DNA of 64,000 nt, from NCBI GenBank assembly GCA_963806645.1, contig CAWDYQ010000002.1, positions 395,141 through 459,140 of the forward strand, read 5' to 3'. The stretch's first letter is position 1; every line of letters begins with the position of its first letter. The position numbers and the translations under genes are program-made. Origin of the DNA: Candidatus Bathyarchaeota archaeon (lineage in GTDB: Archaea; Thermoproteota; Bathyarchaeia; Bathyarchaeales; Bathyarchaeaceae). This document shows, piece after piece, positions 29,247-37,884 of this stretch. The notes beneath the pieces were generated by a model. That model saw only the letters and a program-made list of their open reading frames with translations, was not told the origin of the DNA and ran no database searches.

Positions 29247-31472
29247 ATGCCAAAACGGCGACAAAAATCGGGTTTAAAAGTTCTCAAAGCTGCATCATCC
29301 TCCCTTCGTATGCAACTGCTGATAACTCTTGTAGACAATGGACCACAATCTTACACTGACTTAATGAAGGTGCTTAAACTCAATCCAAGTAGAGATGCGG
29401 GAAGATTCGCTTACCACTTGAAATATCTTTTAAACGCGGATCTAATCGAACCTGACGTAGACAACAAAGAATACCGGCTCACTGATCTCGGTAAAACGAT
29501 GATTAGTTTCACCGAGGATATCCAGCAACAGTTTTTCCAGCGAAAAAAGATTCTCGTTAGAACTTCTCGTCTTGCCATGGAAGAGTTCGACCGAAATAAG
29601 ATTGTTGAAGCTCTAGTTAAGGAGGCAAGCGTTCCTGTAATTCAAGCTCAAAAAATTGCTAGAGAAACCGAAAAACGTCTTCTAGAATTCAAAACAAAAT
29701 ATCTAACTGCTCCTCTAATACGTGAAATGGTAAATGCAATCCTTGTCGAAAAAGGACTAGAAGAATATCGGCACAAACTTACCAGGTTGGGATTACCCGT
29801 TTTCGATGTTAATCAGTTGATAGAATCAACGGGCACCAAATCCCAGAGCGTAGATGCAATTCACAAGGCTGCTGCAGATGCAGTTATGGAAGAATATACC
29901 CTCCTTAATGTTCTACCTAGAGATGTTGCTGACGCGCATCTATCTGGGGGTCTCCACCTCAAGAATCTTGGCACTTGGATTCTTAAGCCAGACCAGTTCA
30001 TGCATGATCTTCGTTTCTTTTTTAAGCACGGGCTAAATCGCGGAGGAATGAAAATTCAAGAACCTTGTTATCTTCCGCCAAAAAGTCTTGAAGCGGCGCT
30101 ACTTACAGCTGCTAATGTCCTGAAAATTGCTGCCACCGAAACCTCTGGAGAACAAACTCTTGACTTCTTTAACATCTTTTTAGCCCCATTTACTAAAGGA
30201 CATTCAGAGGAAAGAATAAAGGAAAACTTATGCTTATTTATATCCAACCTTAATCAACCACTTTCAAACGGAAGTTCTGTGGGCGCTTCCTTAGGAATAG
30301 AATTTGGTGTTCCTAATTTTCTGAAAGAAAAAGAAGCTTTTGGTCCTGAAGGAAAATCTGTTGGTTTCTACGGAGATTTTATTGAGGAAAGCCGACGTCT
30401 CGTTACTTTGTTACTTGAAGTCATGTTTCAGGATGACATGCATAAACCAGTTTTTAATCCTAAGTTGATAATGAAAATACGTCCTGAGGTTCTTAAAGAT
30501 CCTGAATGTTCAAATCTTCTTTTCGAGTCGCATAAACTTGCAGCTGAAACAGGTCTTCCATATTTCGCTAACCTATGTTTGCCGGGACAGAAAGGTGCGA
30601 CTTATGCGTCTACAGGATTCCGATTAGCAGCTGATTGGAAAGAAGATTGGGAACTTGATACGCTTCAGACAGGAAGCATAGATACCGTGATAATAAATCT
30701 GCCAAGAGTCATGTACGAGGCAGGAGGCAAAGAGTCCAGTTTTTTCCGTCTTTTAGATGATCAGTTGGAAATGGGTTTACGGGCTTTGGAGATAAAGTGC
30801 CGCACAATAAAACAACGGGAAAGAGAGCATCTGCTTCCCTTTTTAATGCAGAAAAGTGATGGTGATCCATATTTTAGAATCAAAAACGCGGTTCGACTAG
30901 TTAGCTTCGTTGGTTTAAACGAAACTATCCACGCTTTTTTTGACAAGCCGTTAAAACTTGAGGGAGAGACTCTTGATTTTGCCGAAAAAGTGGTAGCCTA
31001 TCTCTCCGGTGATATTAAAAAATATTCAAAGAGGCCTGAGAACAGAGCGGCTTTAGCTATGGTGCCTGCTGTTGGTGCTGCAAAAAGATTGGCAGAACTT
31101 GATGCTGAAAAGTATGGGTGGTCAACTGTTCGCGCTCAAGGTAGTAAAGAGATGCCCTTTTACACTGACTTGGTTGCATTGCCAATAAGTGCAGATGTTT
31201 CTTGGAAAGAACGGTTAAGAGTTGAGGAAAAATTTCATCGATTGACGTCTGGAGGTCACTTGGCTATTGTACCTCTTTTTGATGAGCCTCAAAACAGTAG
31301 TGATTTGTTATCCATAACTAAGGATATTGCTGGAAATTATGGGATTGGACTATATGCTTTCAATCGGAATCTTGTATATTGTGGGAGTTGCCAAGAGATT
31401 TTCTATGGAAAACAAGTTAGGTGTCCTTCATGTGGGTCCGTTAATATGCTTCAATCGTTCACTCGTGTTTGA
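29247..31472 (+). CDS. wHTH + ATP-cone + NrdD-core protein lacking catalytic elements (putative nucleotide-sensing regulator)
   Basis: 741 aa intact. ArsR-like wHTH at aa 1-90 and an ATP-cone at about aa 100-185. The core aligns with the NrdD at 32045 (DVADAHLSGGLH, FLAPF, GLPYFANL, C-terminal CGSC..CPSCG). It ends ...SFTRV-stop, so it has no RVxGY glycine, and it lacks the Cys sites. Confidence 0.75.
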   Translation: MPKRRQKSGLKVLKAASSSLRMQLLITLVDNGPQSYTDLMKVLKLNPSRDAGRFAYHLKYLLNADLIEPDVDNKEYRLTDLGKTMISFTEDIQQQFFQRKKILVRTSRLAMEEFDRNKIVEALVKEASVPVIQAQKIARETEKRLLEFKTKYLTAPLIREMVNAILVEKGLEEYRHKLTRLGLPVFDVNQLIESTGTKSQSVDAIHKAAADAVMEEYTLLNVLPRDVADAHLSGGLHLKNLGTWILKPDQFMHDLRFFFKHGLNRGGMKIQEPCYLPPKSLEAALLTAANVLKIAATETSGEQTLDFFNIFLAPFTKGHSEERIKENLCLFISNLNQPLSNGSSVGASLGIEFGVPNFLKEKEAFGPEGKSVGFYGDFIEESRRLVTLLLEVMFQDDMHKPVFNPKLIMKIRPEVLKDPECSNLLFESHKLAAETGLPYFANLCLPGQKGATYASTGFRLAADWKEDWELDTLQTGSIDTVIINLPRVMYEAGGKESSFFRLLDDQLEMGLRALEIKCRTIKQREREHLLPFLMQKSDGDPYFRIKNAVRLVSFVGLNETIHAFFDKPLKLEGETLDFAEKVVAYLSGDIKKYSKRPENRAALAMVPAVGAAKRLAELDAEKYGWSTVRAQGSKEMPFYTDLVALPISADVSWKERLRVEEKFHRLTSGGHLAIVPLFDEPQNSSDLLSITKDIAGNYGIGLYAFNRNLVYCGSCQEIFYGKQVRCPSCGSVNMLQSFTRV

Positions 31473-31629
31473 CTAAAAAACCAGATTTTGCTCTTCTAGT
31501 TTGGCAGTTCCTTTTAGTATTTTCTGAGTATTCTGGATGTTTGACCCCTATATATAATAAAAATCACTTCTTGGTCAACACATCTACACTATTTCGCCTT
31601 ATGATTTCGCTTAATCCTATAGCTAAATG

Positions 31630-31645
31630 TTAATTTTACTAGACT
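31630..31645. promoter_or_regulatory. second copy of TTAATTTTACTAGACT motif, with TTTTATACT at 31657-31665
   Basis: Direct comparison with 29188-29216. Confidence 0.35.
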
Positions 31646-31737
31646 CTTATACAGAATTTTATACTATTAGACCTAAAAAATTAAATATACCTATTTTACC
31701 CTAACCCTTTTATCTCGCAAGTAAAGAGGTAATTTTC

Positions 31738-32043
31738 ATGGGCTTTTCAAAAGATTTCGGCAGCACTCCTGCGCATCCACGCACTAACGGTGTTGTGGTT
31801 TACACAACCAGCGGATGCACTAGATGTGACATGCTGAAAAAATGGTTAAAGAATAAAAATGCGAATTTTGAAGAAAAAAATCTGGAAGATTCAAACGTAA
31901 TGACTGATTTGGTGATGAGAAACTTTGTTGTTATGTCAGCACCAGCCATTGAAGTTGATGGAGAAGTCTTTACGGATAACCAGATATTCGAGAGCAATGG
32001 TTTGATCAAACCAGATTTTTCTAAAATTTTTGAGGCAATGTAA
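31738..32043 (+). CDS. NrdH/glutaredoxin-like redoxin
   Basis: 101 aa. CTRC (CxxC) after a beta-strand (VVVYTTSGCTRC). Stop is 1 nt before the nrdD ATG. Confidence 0.7.
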   Translation: MGFSKDFGSTPAHPRTNGVVVYTTSGCTRCDMLKKWLKNKNANFEEKNLEDSNVMTDLVMRNFVVMSAPAIEVDGEVFTDNQIFESNGLIKPDFSKIFEAM

Positions 32044-32044
32044 A

Positions 32045-34246
32045 ATGACTGAAATGATTCATAAGATTCGACCAATGGTTAGAGGAACTGACGGTTTCAT
32101 TGATCAGTGGAGTCGAGAGAAAATTGTGGAGCAGCTTATTACTGAAACAAAACTGGCTGAAGAATTCTATGAGACTAGAGCAATTAGCAGACAGGAAGCT
32201 GAGGAGATAGCATATGAGGTAGAATTGAAAGTTTTTGATCTCAATCTTAAGTTTATCAGCGGACCGCTTATCCGAGAATTGGTAAACAACGTGCTTCTAT
32301 CCAAGGCTTCACAGAAACCTGAGTTTGCTCTTTATAGAAATATTTTGACTCGAGTAGGTGCACCAGTTTATGATGCCTATAAGATAGACTTGGGTGAAGG
32401 CTACAAAGCAAAAGAAAACGCAAATCTTCAACCTAATCCTGAAACAGCTCACAAAAGAAAAGCTGATTGGGTTTCAGGAGAAGAATATCTGTTGCTGATG
32501 CCTCCGGATATTGCTGACGCTCACCTATCTGGAGACCTTCATATACATGACCTAGAATATTTTGGAACCAGACCATTCTGTCAAGATTGGGATCTCCGTT
32601 ACTTCTTCTATTACGGGTTGATGCCAGATGGACTTGGTACTAGAACAAGCATTGCGGGTCCAGCTAAGCATCCGGAAGTGGCGATTCTTCACACAGCAAA
32701 GATACTTGCTTCTGCGCAGACAAACTTTGCAGGAGGAGAAGGGTTCTATAATTTCCTTATTTTCCTTGCCCCATACTTTAGAGGTTTGAGTTATGAACGT
32801 GTAAGACAGCTTATGCAGATGATGTTTTTCGAGTACACTCAAGCGTATGTGGCTAGGGGAGGTCAATTGGTTTTCAGTAACATTCAGGTTCAGCCTGGAG
32901 TTCCTGAGCTGTGGAGAAACGTTCCCATTGTAATGAATGGACGTATTGGACCTGATGTTTACGGAAACTACGAAGATGAAGTTCGTACAATGTTCCGCGC
33001 CCTCTATGATGTAGCAGGTAAAGGTGATTATTGGGGAAAGCCATTCAACTTTCCGAAACTTGAAAACTCTTTGAGTCCTGAGTTCTTTAAACCTGAATAC
33101 GATGATGTGTGGCTTGACGTTCACAAGGTTGTAGCTAAATTTGGGTTACCTTACTTTGATAACTTGATGCCCGAATACAGGGGTTACGGTAAAGGTGTTT
33201 CATGTTACCAATGCTGTGCTTACTGTTTTGTTGAAACTCCTGAAGATAGTGCAGACTTCTATGATAAGCTGTACTTTAACGATGGTAAGCATTTCACTAT
33301 GGGAAGCTGGCAGGTTACTAGTCTGAATCTTCCACGACTTGCTTACAAAGCCAACGGAAACGATGAGCTGTTGTTTGAGGAAAGCCGTAAGCTGATGGAT
33401 TCGGCTCTTGAAGTGTTTAAAGCCAAGAAGAAGTGGATGAACCTAGCCTTGAAGCATGATCGAATTCCTTTTGCTACTCAACGTCCTTTGGATCCGCGAA
33501 CCAGAGAGAAGGGAACAACTGCTGTAGACTTTGATGCTTTAACGTTTACGATTGGGCTTGTAGGCGGAAATGAGATGGCTCAGTATCATAGTGGTTATCA
33601 ACTGCATGAAAATCCAGAAGCAATCAAGGTATTGATACGGCTGATTTTGGAGATGCAGAAATACAAAAAGGAGTTAGAATCGAGAAGTGGCTACAAGATA
33701 GCTTTAGCGCGTACTCCAGCTGAGTCCACTGCGCAAAGATTTGCGATAGCTGATTTAATAACAGATCGTTATCGAGGGAATGCTGAGAAGCTTGTTAAGG
33801 GAGATGTGGGACAGGCTAAATTTTTGCTTGCTAACCGGAAGAAAGATGTGCCCGTCTATTACAGCAATGGAACTCATGTTGATGTGGGTGCTAAGATGGG
33901 ATTGTTTGATCGGATGAACATTGAGCAGAAATTCTTCCCGCTCTTGAATGGTGGAAATATGTTGCATATCTGGTTGGGTGATGCTAATCCTGATCCTGAA
34001 GCACTTTACAAGTTAACAAAAAAGATCACTACACAAAGCAACATAGGTTACTATGCTTACACCAAAGATTTGACCGTCTGCAGTAACTGTGGAAAAGTGA
34101 CTTCGCCAATGCGTGAACAGTGTCCCAATTGCAACTCAGATTCTATTGAATGGTGGTCAAGAGTAACAGGTTACTATCAGGCAGTTAGCGGATGGAATAA
34201 AGGCAAAAGACAGGAACTTGTCAACAGATACAGAACTGGTATGTAA
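32045..34246 (+). CDS. nrdD: anaerobic ribonucleoside-triphosphate reductase NrdD (class III)
   Basis: ATP-cone N-terminus, PFCQDWDL, Cys-rich GVSCYQCCAYCF, C-terminal CSNCG..CPNC zinc site and the glycyl-radical motif SRVTGYY. Confidence 0.9.
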   Translation: MTEMIHKIRPMVRGTDGFIDQWSREKIVEQLITETKLAEEFYETRAISRQEAEEIAYEVELKVFDLNLKFISGPLIRELVNNVLLSKASQKPEFALYRNILTRVGAPVYDAYKIDLGEGYKAKENANLQPNPETAHKRKADWVSGEEYLLLMPPDIADAHLSGDLHIHDLEYFGTRPFCQDWDLRYFFYYGLMPDGLGTRTSIAGPAKHPEVAILHTAKILASAQTNFAGGEGFYNFLIFLAPYFRGLSYERVRQLMQMMFFEYTQAYVARGGQLVFSNIQVQPGVPELWRNVPIVMNGRIGPDVYGNYEDEVRTMFRALYDVAGKGDYWGKPFNFPKLENSLSPEFFKPEYDDVWLDVHKVVAKFGLPYFDNLMPEYRGYGKGVSCYQCCAYCFVETPEDSADFYDKLYFNDGKHFTMGSWQVTSLNLPRLAYKANGNDELLFEESRKLMDSALEVFKAKKKWMNLALKHDRIPFATQRPLDPRTREKGTTAVDFDALTFTIGLVGGNEMAQYHSGYQLHENPEAIKVLIRLILEMQKYKKELESRSGYKIALARTPAESTAQRFAIADLITDRYRGNAEKLVKGDVGQAKFLLANRKKDVPVYYSNGTHVDVGAKMGLFDRMNIEQKFFPLLNGGNMLHIWLGDANPDPEALYKLTKKITTQSNIGYYAYTKDLTVCSNCGKVTSPMREQCPNCNSDSIEWWSRVTGYYQAVSGWNKGKRQELVNRYRTGM

Positions 34247-34467
34247 CTTAAGCTAATGACTTATCAATTGCTTTAGGCGCCAGTCTGCTTACAAACACAG
34301 ATCTCTGGTTTCCACATATCTTCCTTTTTTTTTAAAACATCCTTTTCCTATGTTGATGAGTTTTGAGTGGAGACAAAAAAATAGCATTAGTCTCGGTAAA
34401 GATTCGATAATATGTAATAAATAAATGTTACAACTTAACTTACAACATCAGCCGGGGCTATATCAGA

Positions 34468-35559
34468 ATGAGTACACGGGAATTAAAGCTTGGTCAAAAT
34501 GAAATTTCCCATTTTCTATCATTCCTTAAAGATCAGCCTCGAGATCTGATTGGCATTTTAACGAAGCCAAAAGCTATATTAAATTTTTTTCTGGTGGAAT
34601 TTCAGCACAGGATCCTTAAATCATCTTACGTTGCTGGGTTCCCATACCAATTGACCATCGAAACCGGAAATATTTGCCCTTTACGATGTTCCCTCTGCCC
34701 AACAGGTCAAGAAAAAGAAGATTTACCCAAAGGTTTCCTTGTTTTTAAGGATTTTAAAAAAATCATTGATGAATTAGGCAATTACCTGTTAATGGTTGAA
34801 TTGTATAATTGGGGTGAACCATTTTTAAATAAAGACTTTTTCCGGATGGTAAAATACCTTAGAGAAAAGAACATCATAGTAACAACAAGCTCAAACTTGA
34901 ATGCCTTTGATGATAATATTTGTAGCGAACTGGTGAATTCGGGTTTAAACTTATTGATGGTTTCTTTAGATGGGGCAAGCCAGGAAACTGTTGAAACATA
35001 TCAACGAGGAAACAACTTTGCGAAGGTTTTCAGCAACATAAAAGAGATCGTGAAAAAAAAGCGATCTTTGAATATTAGGAAACCTTTGATCCAATGGAAA
35101 TTTTTTGTGACAAGATTCACTGAGAAAGAGGTACCTAAAGCAAAGAAGCTGGCTAAAGAAGTGGGAGTTGATCATATAGAGTTTGCAAAACTTCTCTGTG
35201 ATATGAGTCAGAGATTCTTTTTAGATTCCAAGTCCCAATTCGAAAATGTGAAACACTGGTTGCCCAGTAATGATTATTATTCCGCATATTCTAAAAATTT
35301 GAAGAAAAGAAAAAAAGTGCTTAACCGTGATTGCTCGTCGTTGTGGACAAGATCTGTAATGAACTGGGATGGAATGATCTTTCCTTGCTGTAATGTTTAC
35401 GGCTCAGAATGGGCTTTTGGAAATGCTCTTGAAGAAGGTTTTTCTGGAATATGGAATAATTATGCTTACCGGTCTTCAAGAAAAATGGTTGCTAGTGGAA
35501 AACTTGTTCACAAAAAAGGAATTTGTTATATTTGTGTAAAAAATGGAGCCATGCAGTAG
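34468..35559 (+). CDS. radical SAM protein with SPASM/twitch-like C-terminal Cys cluster
   Basis: CPLRCSLC (CxxxCxxC) at about aa 69-76. C-terminal CSS..PCCN..CYIC cysteines. Confidence 0.7.
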   Translation: MSTRELKLGQNEISHFLSFLKDQPRDLIGILTKPKAILNFFLVEFQHRILKSSYVAGFPYQLTIETGNICPLRCSLCPTGQEKEDLPKGFLVFKDFKKIIDELGNYLLMVELYNWGEPFLNKDFFRMVKYLREKNIIVTTSSNLNAFDDNICSELVNSGLNLLMVSLDGASQETVETYQRGNNFAKVFSNIKEIVKKKRSLNIRKPLIQWKFFVTRFTEKEVPKAKKLAKEVGVDHIEFAKLLCDMSQRFFLDSKSQFENVKHWLPSNDYYSAYSKNLKKRKKVLNRDCSSLWTRSVMNWDGMIFPCCNVYGSEWAFGNALEEGFSGIWNNYAYRSSRKMVASGKLVHKKGICYICVKNGAMQ

Positions 35560-35565
35560 GGAGCC

Positions 35566-36627
35566 ATGAATTCTTTGGTTAATATTAATCCGCTTAAATT
35601 GAATGTGCCTATGTTACGGACTTTGAGGCTTTATTCGAAAATAAAGTTGAAGGTTCCATCTCCATTGTTTGTGGCGTGGGATATAACGTACGAGTGCAAC
35701 CTTGACTGTTTCTTCTGTGATCGGCAAACATTTTACCATGATAAACTAAACAAGGATCTAACTTTTGCTCAAGCAAAAACTATTGTTGACAACTTAGTTG
35801 CCGCCGATGTTATGAGTATAGGTATCACTGGAGGAGAGGCTTTACTTAGAAATGATCTCGAAGATATTGTGCAATACGCTGTGGATTCTGGATTAGTTGT
35901 CACTTTAAGTACGAATGGTACATTAATGACAAAATCTAGAGCAAAAAAATTAGCAAATTTGGTCCAATCTATATCAATATCATTGGATGGTTTAGCTGAT
36001 ACCCATGATAAAGTTCGGGGTAATAATGGGGCATATAAAAGAGCGATTCGTGGGCTTAAGATTTTGGCTGAAACAAATCCTCGTTCATGTGCCATAGGTG
36101 TAAATTTTGTTCTAAACAAACACAATTTCCAAGAGTTACGTGAAGTCTTTGAGACTGTAAGAAATATTGGAGCAGATTACTTTTTTATCCAACCTGTTAT
36201 TGGCTCTGACTCTTGGGCGATCCCTCATGCTGCAGTTGACGATTCAGTAAAACAAATTTTAGAGATGAAATCACAACATAGCAACTATCTATCTCAGTCT
36301 TACTATTTCCTAAATCACATATCAGACTACATTAATGGAAAAGTTCCAAAGCTTTGTGACGCGGGCACATTATATTTAGCAATAAACAATGAAGGAAAAC
36401 TGTTTTTGTGTCCCGGTCTTCTTCGAACAGAGGAGAACTACGTCGGTTCTCTGCTTGAAAATTCTATGGTTGCACTGTTGAAAAGCAAGAGGATGAAAAG
36501 GCTTAAAGAAACTGTGGTTCCGAAATGTAATCCTTGTTTGATGAACTGCACAACAGAATATTCTTTGCTTGCTAAGGCACCATTAAAAACGATCTTGAGT
36601 AAATATAGCAGTTTTAGGTTGCAATAG
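35566..36627 (+). CDS. radical SAM protein with SPASM/twitch-like C-terminal Cys cluster
   Basis: CNLDCFFC near the N-terminus, GGEALL. C-terminal CDAG..LCPG..KCNPCLMNC. Confidence 0.7.
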   Translation: MNSLVNINPLKLNVPMLRTLRLYSKIKLKVPSPLFVAWDITYECNLDCFFCDRQTFYHDKLNKDLTFAQAKTIVDNLVAADVMSIGITGGEALLRNDLEDIVQYAVDSGLVVTLSTNGTLMTKSRAKKLANLVQSISISLDGLADTHDKVRGNNGAYKRAIRGLKILAETNPRSCAIGVNFVLNKHNFQELREVFETVRNIGADYFFIQPVIGSDSWAIPHAAVDDSVKQILEMKSQHSNYLSQSYYFLNHISDYINGKVPKLCDAGTLYLAINNEGKLFLCPGLLRTEENYVGSLLENSMVALLKSKRMKRLKETVVPKCNPCLMNCTTEYSLLAKAPLKTILSKYSSFRLQ

Positions 36628-36679
36628 AAGAAAGCAGATACACAGGGTTATATTAAAGCGTCACTAAAAAAAAGATGTC

Positions 36680-37762
36680 GTGAGCATAGTGGTTGAAACT
36701 GATACTTCAATAAACAGTGATTGGTTCCCGGACAGGAAAAATTCACTAAAAAGATCAGTTCCACTTTTGCTTATTGGATTGCTGATTTTCGTTGCCTATC
36801 TGTATTTCTTCGTTGACATACCTGAAATGCTCATAATTATTCAGCAAATTGATGTTTTCTATTATTTACTGGCGACTGTAGTTGTATTGTTGAATATGTT
36901 GGCTTATTCACTGACTTGGCAATTTCTTTTGCGACCTCTTTCGATTAAGGTTTCATTTATAAAAACTATGCTAATCACGTGGGTTGGAGCCTTTGTTGAG
37001 TTCTTTGTTCCTTCTGAGTCAATCGGTGAAGATGTTTCCAAAAGTTATTTTATGATAAAAGAGTCAGGTGAAAACGCGGGTAAGGTTGTTGCTTCGGTTC
37101 TAGGACAACGAATCATGTCTATGCTGGTGACTTTGATTATTCTGATTGTTTGCACTTTTTCATTGTTTACTTTTCAAATCGAAATTCCAGCAGCTGTTTC
37201 ATTTTTGATAGCTTTAATATCAGTTGGCACTGCTATTCCGTTGATTTTTATTCTTCTTTTATGTAAGAAAGAGCAGTTGAGCCATAGATTAATCGATTTG
37301 TTGATACGTTTTGGTGTTTTCATTTCTAGGGGTCGTTTAAATCTTGAAAGCCTAAGATCTAAGGCGAAAAATTCTTTGGAGAGTTTTCATCAATCAGTAA
37401 ATATCTTAGGTGAGAATCCGAGAAGTTTGGTTCTGCCAATGTTTTTTGCTTTGTTAAGTTATTTCCTCAGCGTGCTTGTATCTTACTTTGTTTTTGTTTC
37501 TCTTGGTTATTATGTGAGCTTTGTTATGTTAACAATTGTATATTCTCTTAGTCGCAGTCTTCAAAGCGTTCCTACCATGCTTCCTGGCGAAGTTGGATTT
37601 ATCGAGATTGTAATGACCAGCCTTTACATTGCGTTATTAGGGCCACAAGCTGCCGTAGTTAGTGCTGCGGCAACCGTTCTGACACGGGTTTTATGGGTTT
37701 GGTTTAGACTTCCGTTAGGTTTTATTGCACTCCAGTGGATTCTACGTAGAGGTTTATTGTAA
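36680..37762 (+). CDS. polytopic membrane protein, UPF0104/LPG-synthase-TM (flippase-like) type
   Basis: 360 aa with about 8 hydrophobic segments. Family assignment rests on general resemblance only. Confidence 0.45.
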   Translation: MSIVVETDTSINSDWFPDRKNSLKRSVPLLLIGLLIFVAYLYFFVDIPEMLIIIQQIDVFYYLLATVVVLLNMLAYSLTWQFLLRPLSIKVSFIKTMLITWVGAFVEFFVPSESIGEDVSKSYFMIKESGENAGKVVASVLGQRIMSMLVTLIILIVCTFSLFTFQIEIPAAVSFLIALISVGTAIPLIFILLLCKKEQLSHRLIDLLIRFGVFISRGRLNLESLRSKAKNSLESFHQSVNILGENPRSLVLPMFFALLSYFLSVLVSYFVFVSLGYYVSFVMLTIVYSLSRSLQSVPTMLPGEVGFIEIVMTSLYIALLGPQAAVVSAAATVLTRVLWVWFRLPLGFIALQWILRRGLL

Positions 37763-37884
37763 AATTTTTCAAATCTCTTAATGTAATTTAGAATAATTAC
37801 TAAATGTGGCTTTTTTCAGTTCTTGAATAGTAAATTTAAAATAATGGTTGCAGGAATCAATGCGAAGAGTTCTCTGAATTCTGT

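Noticed and set aside
31470-31560. Possibility that the TGA ending the NrdD-like gene is recoded or a sequencing error hiding a glycyl-radical domain.
   Set aside because: None of the three downstream frames encodes anything like RVxGY/WN.GK. The other catalytic sites are also absent, so the truncation is consistent with the rest of the protein.
32552-33124. Long antisense ORFs listed in the track. Examples: 32552-33124 (-), 47173-47883 (-), 17642-18184 (-), 22595-23074 (-), 49510-49911 (-), 53344-53790 (-), 58590-58988 (-), 61151-61546 (-).
   Set aside because: Each lies fully opposite or out of frame within a gene that has strong motif support. Their sequences are low-complexity or serine/leucine-rich shadow frames.
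34350-34424. 24-aa mini-ORF (MLMSFEWRQKNSISLGKDSIICNK) upstream of the first radical SAM gene. Considered as a RiPP precursor for SPASM maturases.
   Set aside because: No SD, only one cysteine, and no leader/core features I can recognise. Such a short ORF in AT-rich spacer is expected by chance.
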